A DNA stretch of 59,682 nt, counting the filler, from Jimgerdemannia flammicorona (taxonomy: Eukaryota), in NCBI GenBank assembly GCA_003990765.1. It is 3 parts of 3 records of this genome, joined end to end, with 100 filler letters (N's around TTAATTAATTAA, not from the genome) between each part and the next. Parts side by side here need not be neighbours in the genome. Positions count along the whole stretch, not along the records: positions 19,931 to 39,759 come from RBNJ01001841.1; 2 more parts are not named here. The stretch is one strand, 5' to 3'. Made by a program: the position numbers and the translations under genes. Each line of letters opens with the position of its first letter. The first letter of the stretch is position 1. This document shows positions 24,281 to 36,545 of this stretch, piece by piece. Under the pieces are notes generated by a model. That model saw nothing but the letters and a program-made list of their open reading frames with translations. It did no database searches and had not been told where the DNA came from.

Positions 24281-27200
24281 GATAAGGCATTCTATTTTTT
24301 TTTTTTTCTTTAGTGTATTTCTGACTTCTTTATTATCTAACTCATCTATTTCTAATATAATACAGTGACACCTCTCTTAACTACTCCCCCTCTGGAGACT
24401 ACTCTCTATTCCTTCATAATTAAAGACTACTTGATAATTAACCATTACAACCCTCTCTCCACTCTGCTTATAAATCTCCTCTACCAGATATTTATAATGA
24501 TCTTCTTAAGAGATCCACCCACTCATCAGCCAGACATTACCTCTCTTAATAATTCTTCTCATCTCATCAGATATTTCTCTAAACTTATCTATCTTCTCTC
24601 TTAAAATATATATAATCAGTGTCTAGTTAGCTTCACCCATACTGTCTAGATTCATCCAACTATCAGTTACTTAATCAATATAATCTACCAATCTCTCTCT
24701 CAATTTATCCCATCAATTCCTCTCACTATTCCCTCTTCTCACTACTTTCAGATAATTCCCAACTACTATTCAGAAATCTTTAAGAACCTTATACCCACTT
24801 AGCCAATATTTAAATATCTGTGTAAAATCTCTCTTCTATTCTATACTATAATACTCCTTATAATCAAATTATTGCTATCTATCAAGTAATCGGACCAAAG
24901 GTTCAACATAATATTTCTCTACAATAAATGCCACCATATCATCCAGGACTTTGGAAGAAGTTACTGCTATACCTCAGTACTCTAGGATCAAACAGCTACC
25001 TAGTTTTACTCCTTATTAATTCCAGCCACCTATCAGTCTATGGGCTATAAATTCTGTTCTATTTCTCTTTGATACTCTATATCAGTACTAAGGTCAGAGT
25101 CTACTAATAGGAAACTACTCATAGTAATCTATCTCATTACTATATTACTAGATCTCAATATATCTCTCTCTTAGCACTATACTAATATAGTCTAATATAG
25201 TATATACTATTTACCACCCTCCACCAGAAGCCCTTATATCACAAGTATCTACTGTTACTCAGTCTGATCAATAATAGCAGATTACCTGAGGAGCCTCCAA
25301 GAGAAATCTCATCTCCCAGACCTTCTGCATCAGTAGTATCCATCTGCTACTCTGTAATTTAATAGCTCACTTTAACAACCAAGCTCTCAGATAATGTAGC
25401 TTCTTAGAGAAGTTTACCAGATCAAGACCTCCTTAGTTCACCAGTGTGGCTAAAATCTTCCAACCAATCTGATATCATTTTCTAGCCCAGATCTATTCCC
25501 TAGCTTACTTTAAAAATCTCTTAATCATCTAGACCAAAAAGTCTAAGTAATAAATCAGATATATAACTTTGGTAACCAGTAAATATTCAGTATTGATTTC
25601 CACTCTAGCAGAGAGATATGATGTCCCCTTAGCTTTAAAGGGCCATCCCCCAATCAATTATCTTTCTCTCTTACTATATTCTTGGAAAAAAATGGTCAGA
25701 TACTATACAGCAACTTCTGTAGAGACAATTGTTCCAATTATGTCTCCACCAACTAGTTTATTTCTCAATACTATTATCTCATACATATGCTAGTTGAGCT
25801 TTGCCCCAGAATGCTCCTCATACTATTCCACTGTCTATCTCAGTACTTCAATATCAGTAACTGAGCTAATAACAACTATCATATCATCTATAAAGACCCC
25901 AATCTTCTATACTATTCTGAAAACTAAAAGCTCAGCCATCTTATAATAAATTCTATCCCTCAATAACTTTAGTAACAGAGTATACTGAATATGGGACAAT
26001 AGGTCCTTCTGAAGAATACCTCTCTACAACTGAAATGTGATATTACAATAACTATTATACAAAAACACTACTCAGTTACCCTCTAGCAGACCAATTATTG
26101 AAACTCAAAATTGCTAAGAAATAGCAATTCTGTTCAGCATCTTTTTTAACCAAACTCTCTAAACATAATTATAGATCTTCTCTTGATCTAGGAAGACCAA
26201 TCTCCCATCCAGTCCACTAGCTCTCAATCTCTCAATCATACTATATACTTAAGCTGTCCTATCTCTAATAAGTTGGCCTATAACAAACCCCTATTACTTC
26301 TAACCCAGCACCTGTTGGACTACTCTCTATAGCTATATAATAATTACTTTTATGACCAGCTTTCTGTCTATATTCAGAAGTATAATTGGTTACCAAATTT
26401 TCCAATCCTCTCTCCTGTCTTTGTTCTTAAACAGCAGTACAGATATGAGAACATAATTACAAAGTACTGCTATCTCCTCCAGCACTTCAGAGATCCCTAC
26501 TATCTTCTTTCAGAAGACCCAGAGCAGACCATCCTTACTCAGCATTATGTCTAATTTTATAGTATTCAGGACCTACAGAATCTCATTCTTCATGATCAGT
26601 GAATCAAATATTCAAGGTCATCTATCTGTAGGGGTTACCAATCCTCTAGAGAGCACTCTATAGCCTTAGCATCAGTACTCCCTTCCTTCTCACTCCCAGA
26701 TCTTTCTATCTTCTCTTCAGAGAGCCCAAGATCTGCTAAGTATCATACATCAGTATATCAGCATCTGATGTTCTATCTCTCTACTATCTAACCCTCCTTA
26801 CCTAAAGTATTCATAATAGGTACTTAGAAGGCTGCTCACCTTTCTCAAGTCTCTATCATCTCAACTAAGCTACTATCTCTCTTATATAAGTCTCTTCCTT
26901 CCCTCTCAATACTCTCTGTAACTTTACTATCTCTAACTTTGATTATACCAATCTTCAATTTTCCACCACCTCCTGGCTAAGAATTTAGTCTATTTTATCT
27001 ATAACCAGACCAACTAGTTTGAAACCTACCTCACTCTTCTATACTACTCCTTTCCAGAAAACTGACCAGCCTCTCTCTAATATATTCTTTCAGCCTTACT
27101 CAGCAGACTTCTATAGAGAGCCCCTCATAATTTCAATGAGTAATCTTCAATATAATGTCTCTAATTCACTTGTCCCACAACTTCTTCTCAACCAGCAAGA

Positions 27201-29344
27201 AGAAATTGAGTCACTGATGTTCAGATCCATTCTTACTCTCTCCAAACTAACTATATCTCAATAATCTCTGATAATATGACCACAGGTATCATTTAATCTC
27301 CAAATCCTTCTAAATATTTAATCCCAGTAGTCAGCTGTCAGCATCCAGTCAATCCTTATTCCAAGTCCACATACTCAATAAGTATAGACCCTATAATCAC
27401 TCCATATTACCCAGTCAGTATCTATCAAAAAGCTAAGCCTTTCTATATTTCCCTAAATATCCAGATCTTTACTATAGTCTCTAGTACTCCTCTCTCAATC
27501 AGTCTTATCTAATATTTGATTGTAGACTATGTTGAAATCTCTCCCAAGTATATCAACCTCTGTCTCAGCCAGTATTTCACTATTAAGAAGTCTATTAAAT
27601 CACTCAATATGCTCACTCTATACTATCAGACAATAATATGAGTCAATAATAATAGACTCTCACTCTACTCTCCCTAGACTTATCTGTCACCTCAGCTCCC
27701 AATCTCACAGAGTTTGCCCTTGTCTCTTTATATCAGAATTCCAATCTTGTTCCTTCAAATGGCTATACCACTCTATTTCTACATCTACTCCTGTCCTTCC
27801 AAATCTATCTTCTAGTATATATTCTACTAAAGAAAGAAATTAACCTCCAATCTCTTCAGCTGAGAGAAAATGTTCCAATACCTCACAGAGTCCCTTAAGC
27901 TATTGAAATTCAGCAAGTAAATATTTGTTATACCATTCATAAGAAGATAATATTATAGAATAGACCCAACTCATTACAGCTCTGTACTCATCTTCTCTCA
28001 AGCCAAGTCTAGACCATACTCTGCCACAGCCTCTGTTATCTCAGCCTCTCTTATCTCTAGTTTAGCCAGAATTTCAACAATTATCTCATTATCCTTCTTT
28101 TCTATATTATCTTTATATTTCTTATAAGTCTCTTGCTAACATTATAGGCCATGCTATAGCTCTAATTAGAAAGCAGTCCTTTTATCTACAATTGTCACCA
28201 ATTCAGCCTCTCTAGTCTTGTCAATCTCACAACCTTCTTCCTCCAGTAATACAGCTAGAACTTTGGCCTTCAGTTTCTCTACTAGTCTATTCTCTCTCAA
28301 TATACACTCCCACTATTCCTCACTGATTACTCACAAGTCCACCTCTCCTAGCTTCTCAGCAGCCAAGCCATTCATCATCTTGATTATCCACAACAATTCT
28401 TTGATACCATTTCTACTAAGAGTTAATAGCCTCTCCCCTCCTTACATTATAATATCAGTACTCATTCTTACTAACTTATCTCACTCCTCTACTGAAATAT
28501 CCTACAGCTCATCCTCTATAAAATCAATCTTCTGTTCTCTCTTCATAACATCAGATACTCCAAACTGAACTCTCTATATTTCTCTCATCTCCACATCTAC
28601 TATTCTGAGCATTAGTCCTGACCTCTAGCCTCTCCTTCTTCTCTCAGACTTCAAGCACATCTTTATCATATAGCTACTTATCTCTAGCCTCTCTTCTCTT
28701 TACCACTCCTCCTAGTATCTCTTCGGCTCTATCTCTAGTCAGGTAATTACTATTGATTCACCAAAGGCCCTATCAGTCTCAGCAGCAGACCTATCCTTCA
28801 AATCTACCAATAGTTCCTTCTGTCTCTTCCTCTTCTGAGCCTTTCTCTACAATATCTTATCTATCTATCATCTCTCCCATTCACTATCTCTAAGTATATT
28901 GATCTCTTATAAGCTCTCTATATTACTATCTGATTAGTGCTGTAAACAGATGGAGTTGATCCAGATGAGATTCGATTCAGATTTGTCATGTAATGGATTC
29001 AAATCAACTTGGATTGGTCTTGTGATCTGATCTGGATTGATCTGGATTGATCCAGATTGATCCATCTGGATTGATCCATCCGGATTGATCCATCTAGATT
29101 GATCTGGATTGGTACATCTGGATTGGTCCATCCAGATTGGTCCATCCAGATTGGTCCATCCAGATTGATCTATCTGGATTGAAATCTTTGGTGACATCAT
29201 ACTTTCTTTTGTTCATTTTGCTCTTGTTTTTTTTTTCCTGCTGCACTTTGGTGATATCACCCTTTCCTTTTGCTCTCTCTCTTCTTTTGCTGTTTTCTTT
29301 GTTCTTTTTCTTTGTTCTTTTTCTTTGTTCTTTCCTGCTACATC

Positions 29345-31583
29345 ATGAGCAAATAAAACAGCAGCCCTTAATTCATATGCTGGTCCAGTCTACTCATTTT
29401 TCACCCTGCAATAATCATCAAAAGAGGGAGTATTCGAGGTGGAAATGCACTCTCTGCTGACAATGTTAGATTCTTTCTTATATAGACAGCACACAAGCTG
29501 CTCATCGAGAGCCAAAGGGGCAATGGCAGTGGTGGTGGTGATGGCGATGGTGATAGTGGTGGCGGGGATGAGGGAGAATTCCAGCAACAACTTACAGTGG
29601 CCCTTTGGACCTCGGAATTCACAGACCTCACAGCTATATATGTGGCAGCCTTTTTGGAGCAGCTGATAGTAGATGTAGGTTGCTCACTCGGCCATCACTT
29701 GTTTACTTGTGTTTATTTAAACTTCCCCAGCATGACTCAATTCACCTCGTACTTTTCTTAGGGTCCACAGCTCTATGGCAAGATCTGCCGACTTTATTCG
29801 CAACATCTGGTCAAGATGAAGAAAGACTGGCAAATGTTGCAGGTCATGCCTTTGGTGGCTGAGCTGTTGAGTCAATGCATCACATGGCAGAGGTCTCAAA
29901 AGGAACAGAAGCAAGCCTTCATGAGCAATCTTGTGCAACTTGTACAACTCATTGGCATGCAACTTGTCGGTATGCAACTTGTTGGCATGCAGCTCACTCA
30001 CTCACTCACTCATGCTCTTTTTCTAAAATACCCATCTCCATGTTTTATTTAATTTTATTTTTACGTGGTCTCCTACTAAAAAACACCCACACCCACATGC
30101 AACCCACTCACATGCAACCTGCCCACATGCAACCCACCCACATGTAACCTGCTCGCACACAACCTGCCTACATGCAACCTGCCCACATGCAACCCGCCCA
30201 CATGCAACCCACCTGCATGCAACCTGCTCACAACCCGCCCACATGCAACCTGCCCGCATACAACCTGCCTGCACACAACCCGCCCACACACAACTTGCCC
30301 ACACACAACCTGCCCACATACAATCTGTCTGCATACTTATCTTGGTCTCCCAGATCAGGGCTCAGTTCTATTGGAAAGGAGAGTTCAAAGTTACCCAAGT
30401 TCAACCATGTCCGGCATCTGATCAAATAGAGAAATTCGAGGGCAAGATGTTCAGCATGAGCAGTACCAGCATCATCATTAAGGCTTGGGGGTCTACATTC
30501 GAATCAGAGCTAATCATACTCAACCAAGGGGTCCACTGGTGAGCAGGAGTAACCAATGATGAAGAGAATCATATCTTTATTAACAAACATGGAGAGGTGG
30601 TTGCAATGGTGGTAAGGAACCTCTATGGTGACGAGCTTTGCTGCCACATCAATGAGATTTGCGAGGATTGCGTCAAATACTAGATGGCAGGAAAGAGGGG
30701 GTGAAAAAAGCAAGGAGGGGGGGTTTGGATGAGAATTGGGTATACTGCAACACTGGCAAAGAGTGGGTTCTGGAGTTCCGAAATCCCCTGCACTCATCTT
30801 CCTTTTTTTAACCCCTCTCCAGATTAATCACACTCTTCACCGATATACTCTTTTTGATACAATTCCAGGGATGCACAAGATTCTGTACCCCTACCAGAAC
30901 TTTAGAAGTGCTGTCAAAGAGCAAACTACATGTGAGCTTGACATGGCCTGTGTGGCAATGGTGGCTATGATCTGGGGTTCTTTGAGCAGATTGGTAGAGC
31001 ATAGGGCAGGCCAGTTTGGTGGTGATCTCGGCGCAGCTGTATGTACATTCTTGGCGCAATTTAGCATGCCATATAAGGTGAGGAGCTCCGCTTTTTTGGG
31101 GTGCTGCAGCCCAGGGGGTTTCTGCCCCCCTGAACACAAAAAGGACTGACCAGTTGCCATCTGTTTCAGCAGGTTTCCAAACCGAGGCTCCCAGGGCTGG
31201 ACCAAGAGCAGGTGTCCACCAGTATAGCCTGGCAGTATGAGGTCCTGGGCCAAGGGTTCACCCAACCATATGCTCACATCACATCAGGATACATCAGGCA
31301 CAACCTTTCTCTGCCCACACACACAGACAACAATGTCACTCTGGTAATGTTTTATGTCCCGGAAAGGAAGGGCCCAATCTGGGAGGACAGTGGCAGAGTC
31401 TGGTATGACCTCACCTATGGTTTTGGGGTCCCGTTTGTAGCCAACACGGCCATCCTATTCCAACCACATGACCACCATGGCACCATCGCCTTCGAGGAGA
31501 GCTCAGACACAACAGTTGTCGCACTCATAATAGATGATAGGCTCATCAAGGCCTGGGACCGGCGGGTGGAGCAGTTTTTGTGA
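29345..31583 (+). pseudogene. Passenger gene: putative TET/JBP-like 2OG-Fe(II) dioxygenase, inactivated by nonsense mutations
   Basis: Core exons 30354-30762, 30869-31077 and 31170-31583 splice in phase. Peptide IFINKHGEVVAMVVRNLYG...GVWMRIGYTAT...ELDMACVAMVAMIW...SGYIRHNLSLPTHTDNN (HxD, 31320-31328)...GRVWYDLTYGFGVPFVANTAILFQPHDHHGT (distal His, 31476). Stops at 30540, 30681 and 30702. Upstream exons and start are uncertain. Family assignment is from motif recall, not a search. Confidence 0.6.
30085..30325. repeat. 15-bp minisatellite (CCCACATGCAACCTG)n in an intron of the passenger gene
   Basis: About 16 tandem units with CG/CA/TG variants. Explains the MQPAH/QVACG ORFs. Confidence 0.9.
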
Positions 31584-31863
31584 GGGTTAGGCAATCTTTC
31601 ACAAGGGTTAGGCAGCCATTTTGTGCAGGTTAGGCAGCCATTTTGTGCAGGTTGGGCAGTCTTATGTGGGCCAGGTGCCTCTTATGTAGCACTAGCTTAG
31701 TCGTTATGCAGGGCCCTACCAGCCCCTTGGCCCTGCTCTGTAGTACCACCAGTGTGGCACTGTGGTGCAGGGCCGGGGTGCCTGTGGGACCCGAACTGGT
31801 GACTTCAACTGCTGGAAATGCCCTCCGACCACCAGAAGCACCCTCTGCCCCGGACTCCTTAGT

Positions 31864-32303
31864 AGCTTGGGGCTGCCCCTATGCCACTGGTAGAGGGCTG
31901 CAAATTTTGTATGCTCTCTCTGTCTGCCCCGCCTGTCCCAGACACTTGTGGCTTGGGGCTGCCCCTTGCTGCCAGTGGAGGGCCACAAATTTTGCATACT
32001 CCCTCTGCTGACTCCGCGCCTGCCAACCCACCAACTGACCCCACCCACTGACCCAGGCAATGACAGCTTGGGGCTGCCCCTTGCTGCTGGTGGAGGGCTG
32101 CAAATTTTGCATGCTCCCTCCATCTACCCCCCCAACCTGGACACTTACAGCTTAGGGCTGCCCCTGGCTGCTGGCAGAGGGCCACAAATTTTGTGCACTC
32201 CCTCCACTGACCCACCAACCCGCCCACTGACCTGGGTACTGGCAGCTTGGGGCTGCCCCTTGCTGCTGGCTGAGGGCCGCAAATATTGCATGCTCCCTCC
32301 ACT
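31864..32303. repeat. Array of five ~58-bp palindromic cores with alternating spacers
   Basis: Core AGCTTGGGGCTGCCCCTTGCTGCTGGTGGAGGGCTGCAAATTTTGCATGCTCCCTCCA at about 31864, 31950, 32065, 32149 and 32244. Confidence 0.85.
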
Positions 32304-32453
32304 GCCACTGCCAACCCTGTCCCACTTGGACTGCAAACTCCAGGCCAAGTCCTTAGGTTTTTTTTTCCTTTTTTATTATTTTGAAAGGTATTAATTTGAA
32401 AGATATTAAATATTCCACAAGGCCAACCAACTTATCTGTGGACCCCCTGAATT

Positions 32454-35126
32454 TTAGTGGCCTGAGCCCCACCAAGACTTCAGACACATACATGCCTGGA
32501 TTGTCTCAGCATTCAGTGTACACCTCTTTGGGGCAATGAGGTCCACCCCACCTGAGAACACCCACTCGACAGGAGCACTGGAGGCAGGAATCGCTAGGTA
32601 GTCCCGAGCCATACCACACAGACTGCGGAAGTCTGTTTGACACAGCTGCATGCCCCGGTGGATAGAGCAGTAGTTAGATTGATGGGTTAAATTGGCCCAA
32701 TGCCTGCCTGACAATACCCACCTGACAACCCACCTTCTACCAGTTGAGCTCCTCTGCGCCCTCCAGCAGGATTATGTGGTTGCTGGTGAGGTAAATGGGG
32801 AGTTCATCTATTGATGGCAGCTCTTTCACTGATAGCTCCCTCTTCCTCTTTCTGCTGAAGTAAATGTGAGACAGGAGGGAACCCTTGGCATATTTGTCCA
32901 GACTTCAGCTGAAACCTTTTGGTGGTGTGTAGTTTTTCTGGTACACTTCAATTACAGCCTACTTGGTTCTCTCAATGAAGTGCTGCTCCCAGCCCTGATC
33001 TTTGTAGTATTGTAGCTTTAAGCGTGGGTCCAGTACTGTTTGAAGAAAAGGAGAGTGAGTTTTTGTGGGGTTTCCTCTGTTTTGGAAGAGGCAATGGCTA
33101 CACACCAACATTGACATACCTGTACTGATTGAGTATACTGCAGTATCTATTTGGGAGTAGTATTTCCTGAGCTTGCTTAGAGCAACCTCCACAGCATCTC
33201 TCTGATCTGGGCTTAACCGTAAATCACCACAACCCTCCAGCCTGTCCTCGAGCTTGTTCTCTAGCTAGTCAATCAGAAGGTTGTATACTGGTATCGCAGA
33301 GCTTATTGTTGGAGTCATTTGTTTGACTATATCCTTCATACAATCATTGAAACACTAGCAGTTATATGTGGTGAGGTGTTGCATTGTGTGGAGGTAGACA
33401 AAATGAGTGTAGAGCCAGAGCAACCACCACTTACTTCCAAAACTCTGACAACATTCCTAAGTACATCCCACTCACTTTCATCTAGAGCCTTGGCCCATAT
33501 TTCCTTGTTAGCAGCCATCATTGAATCTATTGGCTTTTTTTTTTTTTAATTTTTTAAAATAAATCTTCTATCATCTGAAACAGTTGCTTCAGCTGACCGA
33601 AGAAAAAATGGATGCATACCACAGCAAACTCCAGCGTGCACTGGATCATTACAAATGTTGAGTTCTAATGCATACAGATATTCAATATAAGCTCTTTCAG
33701 GGCTAAACTGATTGCCCTATACTATGCAGCAAATTTGTCTCATCATTGCGGGGATGATTGGACCAACACAACCAGTTTGTGCAGCTTGGAAATTATACTC
33801 AAGGCCCCTCCTCTCTAGGATGTTTTGTCTATGTGTGTAAGATAGTCCTAAACAGCGAGATTCAGTACATGGGCCTGGCATCGTACATGGCAGCTTTCTG
33901 CACTGAAGGCCACATTTTTCTGTTTGAGGCTGGCTGCTAAAGCTTGGAAAAATGTTGAGTTGTTTGTGGCATTGCCCATCGTAATGGCCAAAATCTGTAC
34001 TTGAAATATTTGGTTGGCGAATTATGCGAAAATAAATAACCAACAAAATCTGTTCTGTTTAAGGACCTCTCTCAAAATAATGACCTGACAGCAAGTCCCC
34101 CTTTTTTTACCTTAGTTGTGATCCCAAGCTCCTAGATACAACTAATAAAAGTATCTGCGATGTTGTCTCCAGAATGAGGGCCAGTAAGTTTGATGAAGTC
34201 AAGGGTGAGAGATTTAAACTGCCAATCGAGGTCAATCTAATGACCAGTAATGCCCGGAAACGAAATTACATTGGGGGATGTCCATGTGTCAATTGTAAAT
34301 GGCATTTTGCCTGCTGAATTCTGCTTATTGAATGTAAGGTTAAATTGGTGAGCTCTTTTATATAATTCAGCTTGCAAAGGTCATGGTACTGCCCTTATTT
34401 TACCTGAAGTGTCTGGTGGAGATTGTCATGCTCCTTCCTATAGGCCTCCAGGACATCTTTATGAATAGTATCGGCACTTGGTGAATATAAATTATGCTTG
34501 AGGAGACCAAAGATGCTATGCAATGGATCACTCTCGATGGTTGTGAATGGCTGGTCTGTGCACACAATCCAGTGAATGAGCTGATTTCAAAATTCTGTTG
34601 AAGAGTATGGCTAAATATTTTTGATTAAATGGCATTGTTGATATAGAAATGGTTGGGCAATTAGATAAACATACCCACCAGAGCTTGGATGTCGATTTTA
34701 TTTGTCTCCATGTTCTTTTTGATTTTGTCAGAGTGCTTGTCTTTTATGTATCAATTCATGTTCAAGGTCATACCACCAAGCATTTTGAACTTCTGGCTGA
34801 TGCAGTTTATGGGGGTAAATGAAACAATATCATGTGTATGTCAAACAAGTCAATAGGTGTGTCTTAATTTTTTACCTGCAATAATTACAAACAACATCAT
34901 CTCCTATCTTAGCACAATGTTGCCAGATTTTGGAGCAAGGATTGTGTGGAAGGTGTGGAACTATCTGGGATGTTTGACTTGAAGTATCATCAGTACTGTG
35001 AACTGTTGAAGACTGATCTGTCAACATGTGTGTTTGCATGTTTATGTGTGCATGTGTGTATATGTGTGTGTGTTGTGTATACATGTGTGTGTAATGTGTT
35101 GTGGACACATCCGGCATATGAGTCAT
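32454..35126 (-). pseudogene. hAT transposase (BED finger, DDE core, hATC dimerisation domain), multi-exon, inactivated
   Basis: SKIWQH...VCNYC (BED), IDTWTSPN..F.GITGH (about 34290), HSGDNIA, RCQAHVLNLAV (about 33880), VLDPRLKLQYY, MARDYLAIPASSAPVE(W)VFSGG...R..L...I...MCLKSW. Several stops. Start uncertain. Confidence 0.92.
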
Positions 35127-36186
35127 GTGGAGGATTTGGATTGGAGAATTTAGTTGAAGGATTAGGATGAGGATTCAGATTGGAGGATTCAAATTAGAGG
35201 ATTCAAATTGGAGGATTCGAGTTGAAGAATTCGGATTGAGTGATTCGGATTAAGTGATTTGGATTGAGTAATTTGGATTGAGTGATTCAGATTGAGTGAT
35301 TCGGATTGGGGTGGTTTGGATGGGTAATTTGGATGGGGCAATTCAGATGGAACAATTTGGATTAATCTAAGTTGATTTAGATGGCTTCAGATTTGAGATT
35401 TAGATCGAACCATCATGTGATAAATCGAATCTGGATTTGATTCAAATTGACTCATTTGGAGCACTATACCTGATGCTCTACTGCTCTACTGAGCTCCTCC
35501 AGGATATCTAACAGATCCTCCTCCTCCTTCTTACATCTCTTCACCTTTATTACCTTATAAACAAAAACCTCTACATTATTACCACAGACCAGTCATGAGC
35601 TTTCTCAGTAGCCTCTCTTCCAGTGGCCCCACCTCTTCAAAGCCTACCTCAATCCTCTTCAGTCTCATAAGGAATTCACAAAAGTTTTTCTAGTCATCAG
35701 CTTTGAGATTAACCCCAAAACCAACTTTGCCATCTCTGCTAGTCTTCAGAAGTACAATATAACTATAAACTCTAAAATTGACTTCTTGGTAATGGAGTTG
35801 CTTTTAGATCTATAATACTCTTTATCAGATTTCTCTTCTCACTATACTCCATCAGCTCAGCCCTACTATCAGTAGTGATATCTGGATTTTTTTTTTTATT
35901 CAGATCTCTAGTTATACTACCATCAGTAGTCTCCCTAAATCTGTCCTATCAGCCAGCAACCCTTTTGCCCCCCCAGCACTTACTATCTCTCTCACTCTAG
36001 CCTTACTACTCTGTATACTATCTAGTCAACTCCCTGTCTTCACCTTTATAGCAAAACTCATTAGTCTTTGCTCTCCTCTACTTTTGTCAGAAAACTGACT
36101 CCTATTCTGCTCTTTCAGTCCACTCTCTCCACTAAAGGATCCCATCTTCAAGTTATACCCTTGTCTGATGTATTGTCTGTCAAAGG

Positions 36187-36389
36187 TAGTGCTCTCAATA
36201 AATCAAATCAAATATCTAATTCAATTTGATTTGAGTTAAATTGAAGACTAATTTAATTAGAGGTCTGATTTAAACTTATTTCACATTGAAAAATCTCTAA
36301 TTCAATTTGATTCAAATCACCCCCAATTTGATTCAAATGACTCTCAATTTGATTCAATTTGAATTGATTCGATTTATTTGAGAGCACTA
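36187..36389. mobile_element. hAT-derived MITE, 203 bp
   Basis: TIR TAGTGCTCTCAA...TTGAGAGCACTA. Perfect 8-bp TSD GTCAAAGG (36179-36186, 36390-36397). Interior made of AATTTGATTC repeats. Confidence 0.93.
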
Positions 36390-36545
36390 GTCAAAGGCCT
36401 CAGATCTACCTGATCCAGCAAGCCCATCAGAACTCTTTCACATTGTTATTGCTAGTAGTTTCTCTAAAATCTATGTTGAAAGTATTGTTAAAAGCTTGTA
36501 AACCCTGAATTATAGTAGAGAAAGCTATGAGATGAGATGATCTAT

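Larger units (their letters stand above)
28935..35466. mobile_element. hAT-superfamily DNA transposon (6.5 kb) with passenger gene
   Basis: Termini TAGTGCT...AGCACTA. 8-bp TSD TATCTGAT (28927-28934) / TACCTGAT (35467-35474). Subterminal GATTG/GATCC arrays at both ends (about 28960-29180 and 35160-35455). LINE sequence on both flanks. Confidence 0.92.
24297..36529 (-). mobile_element. Full-length degenerate L1/Tx1-like LINE interrupted by a hAT element and a MITE
   Basis: Poly(A) at about 24295-24310. Eroded RT motifs (LDQEK.Y, Q..LLS.I.Y, DDMIVV), endonuclease start near 27930, ORF1 near 36060. 5' motif CTTTCTCTACTATAATTCAGG near 36525. Degenerate TSD AGATAAGGCATTCTATT / AGATGAGATGATCTATT. 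Confidence 0.75.

Noticed and set aside
28934..29200. 88-aa ORF with DQS/NPDG repeats
   Set aside because: Translation of the hAT subterminal repeat array.
29875..30542. MQPAH / QVACG repeat proteins in the ORF track
   Set aside because: Translations of an intronic 15-bp minisatellite. Only the part from 30354 is a plausible exon.
31864..32303. CRISPR-like repeat-spacer appearance
   Set aside because: Repeats are ~58 bp and degenerate, spacers alternate between two related types rather than being unique, there are no cas genes, and the context is a eukaryotic transposon.
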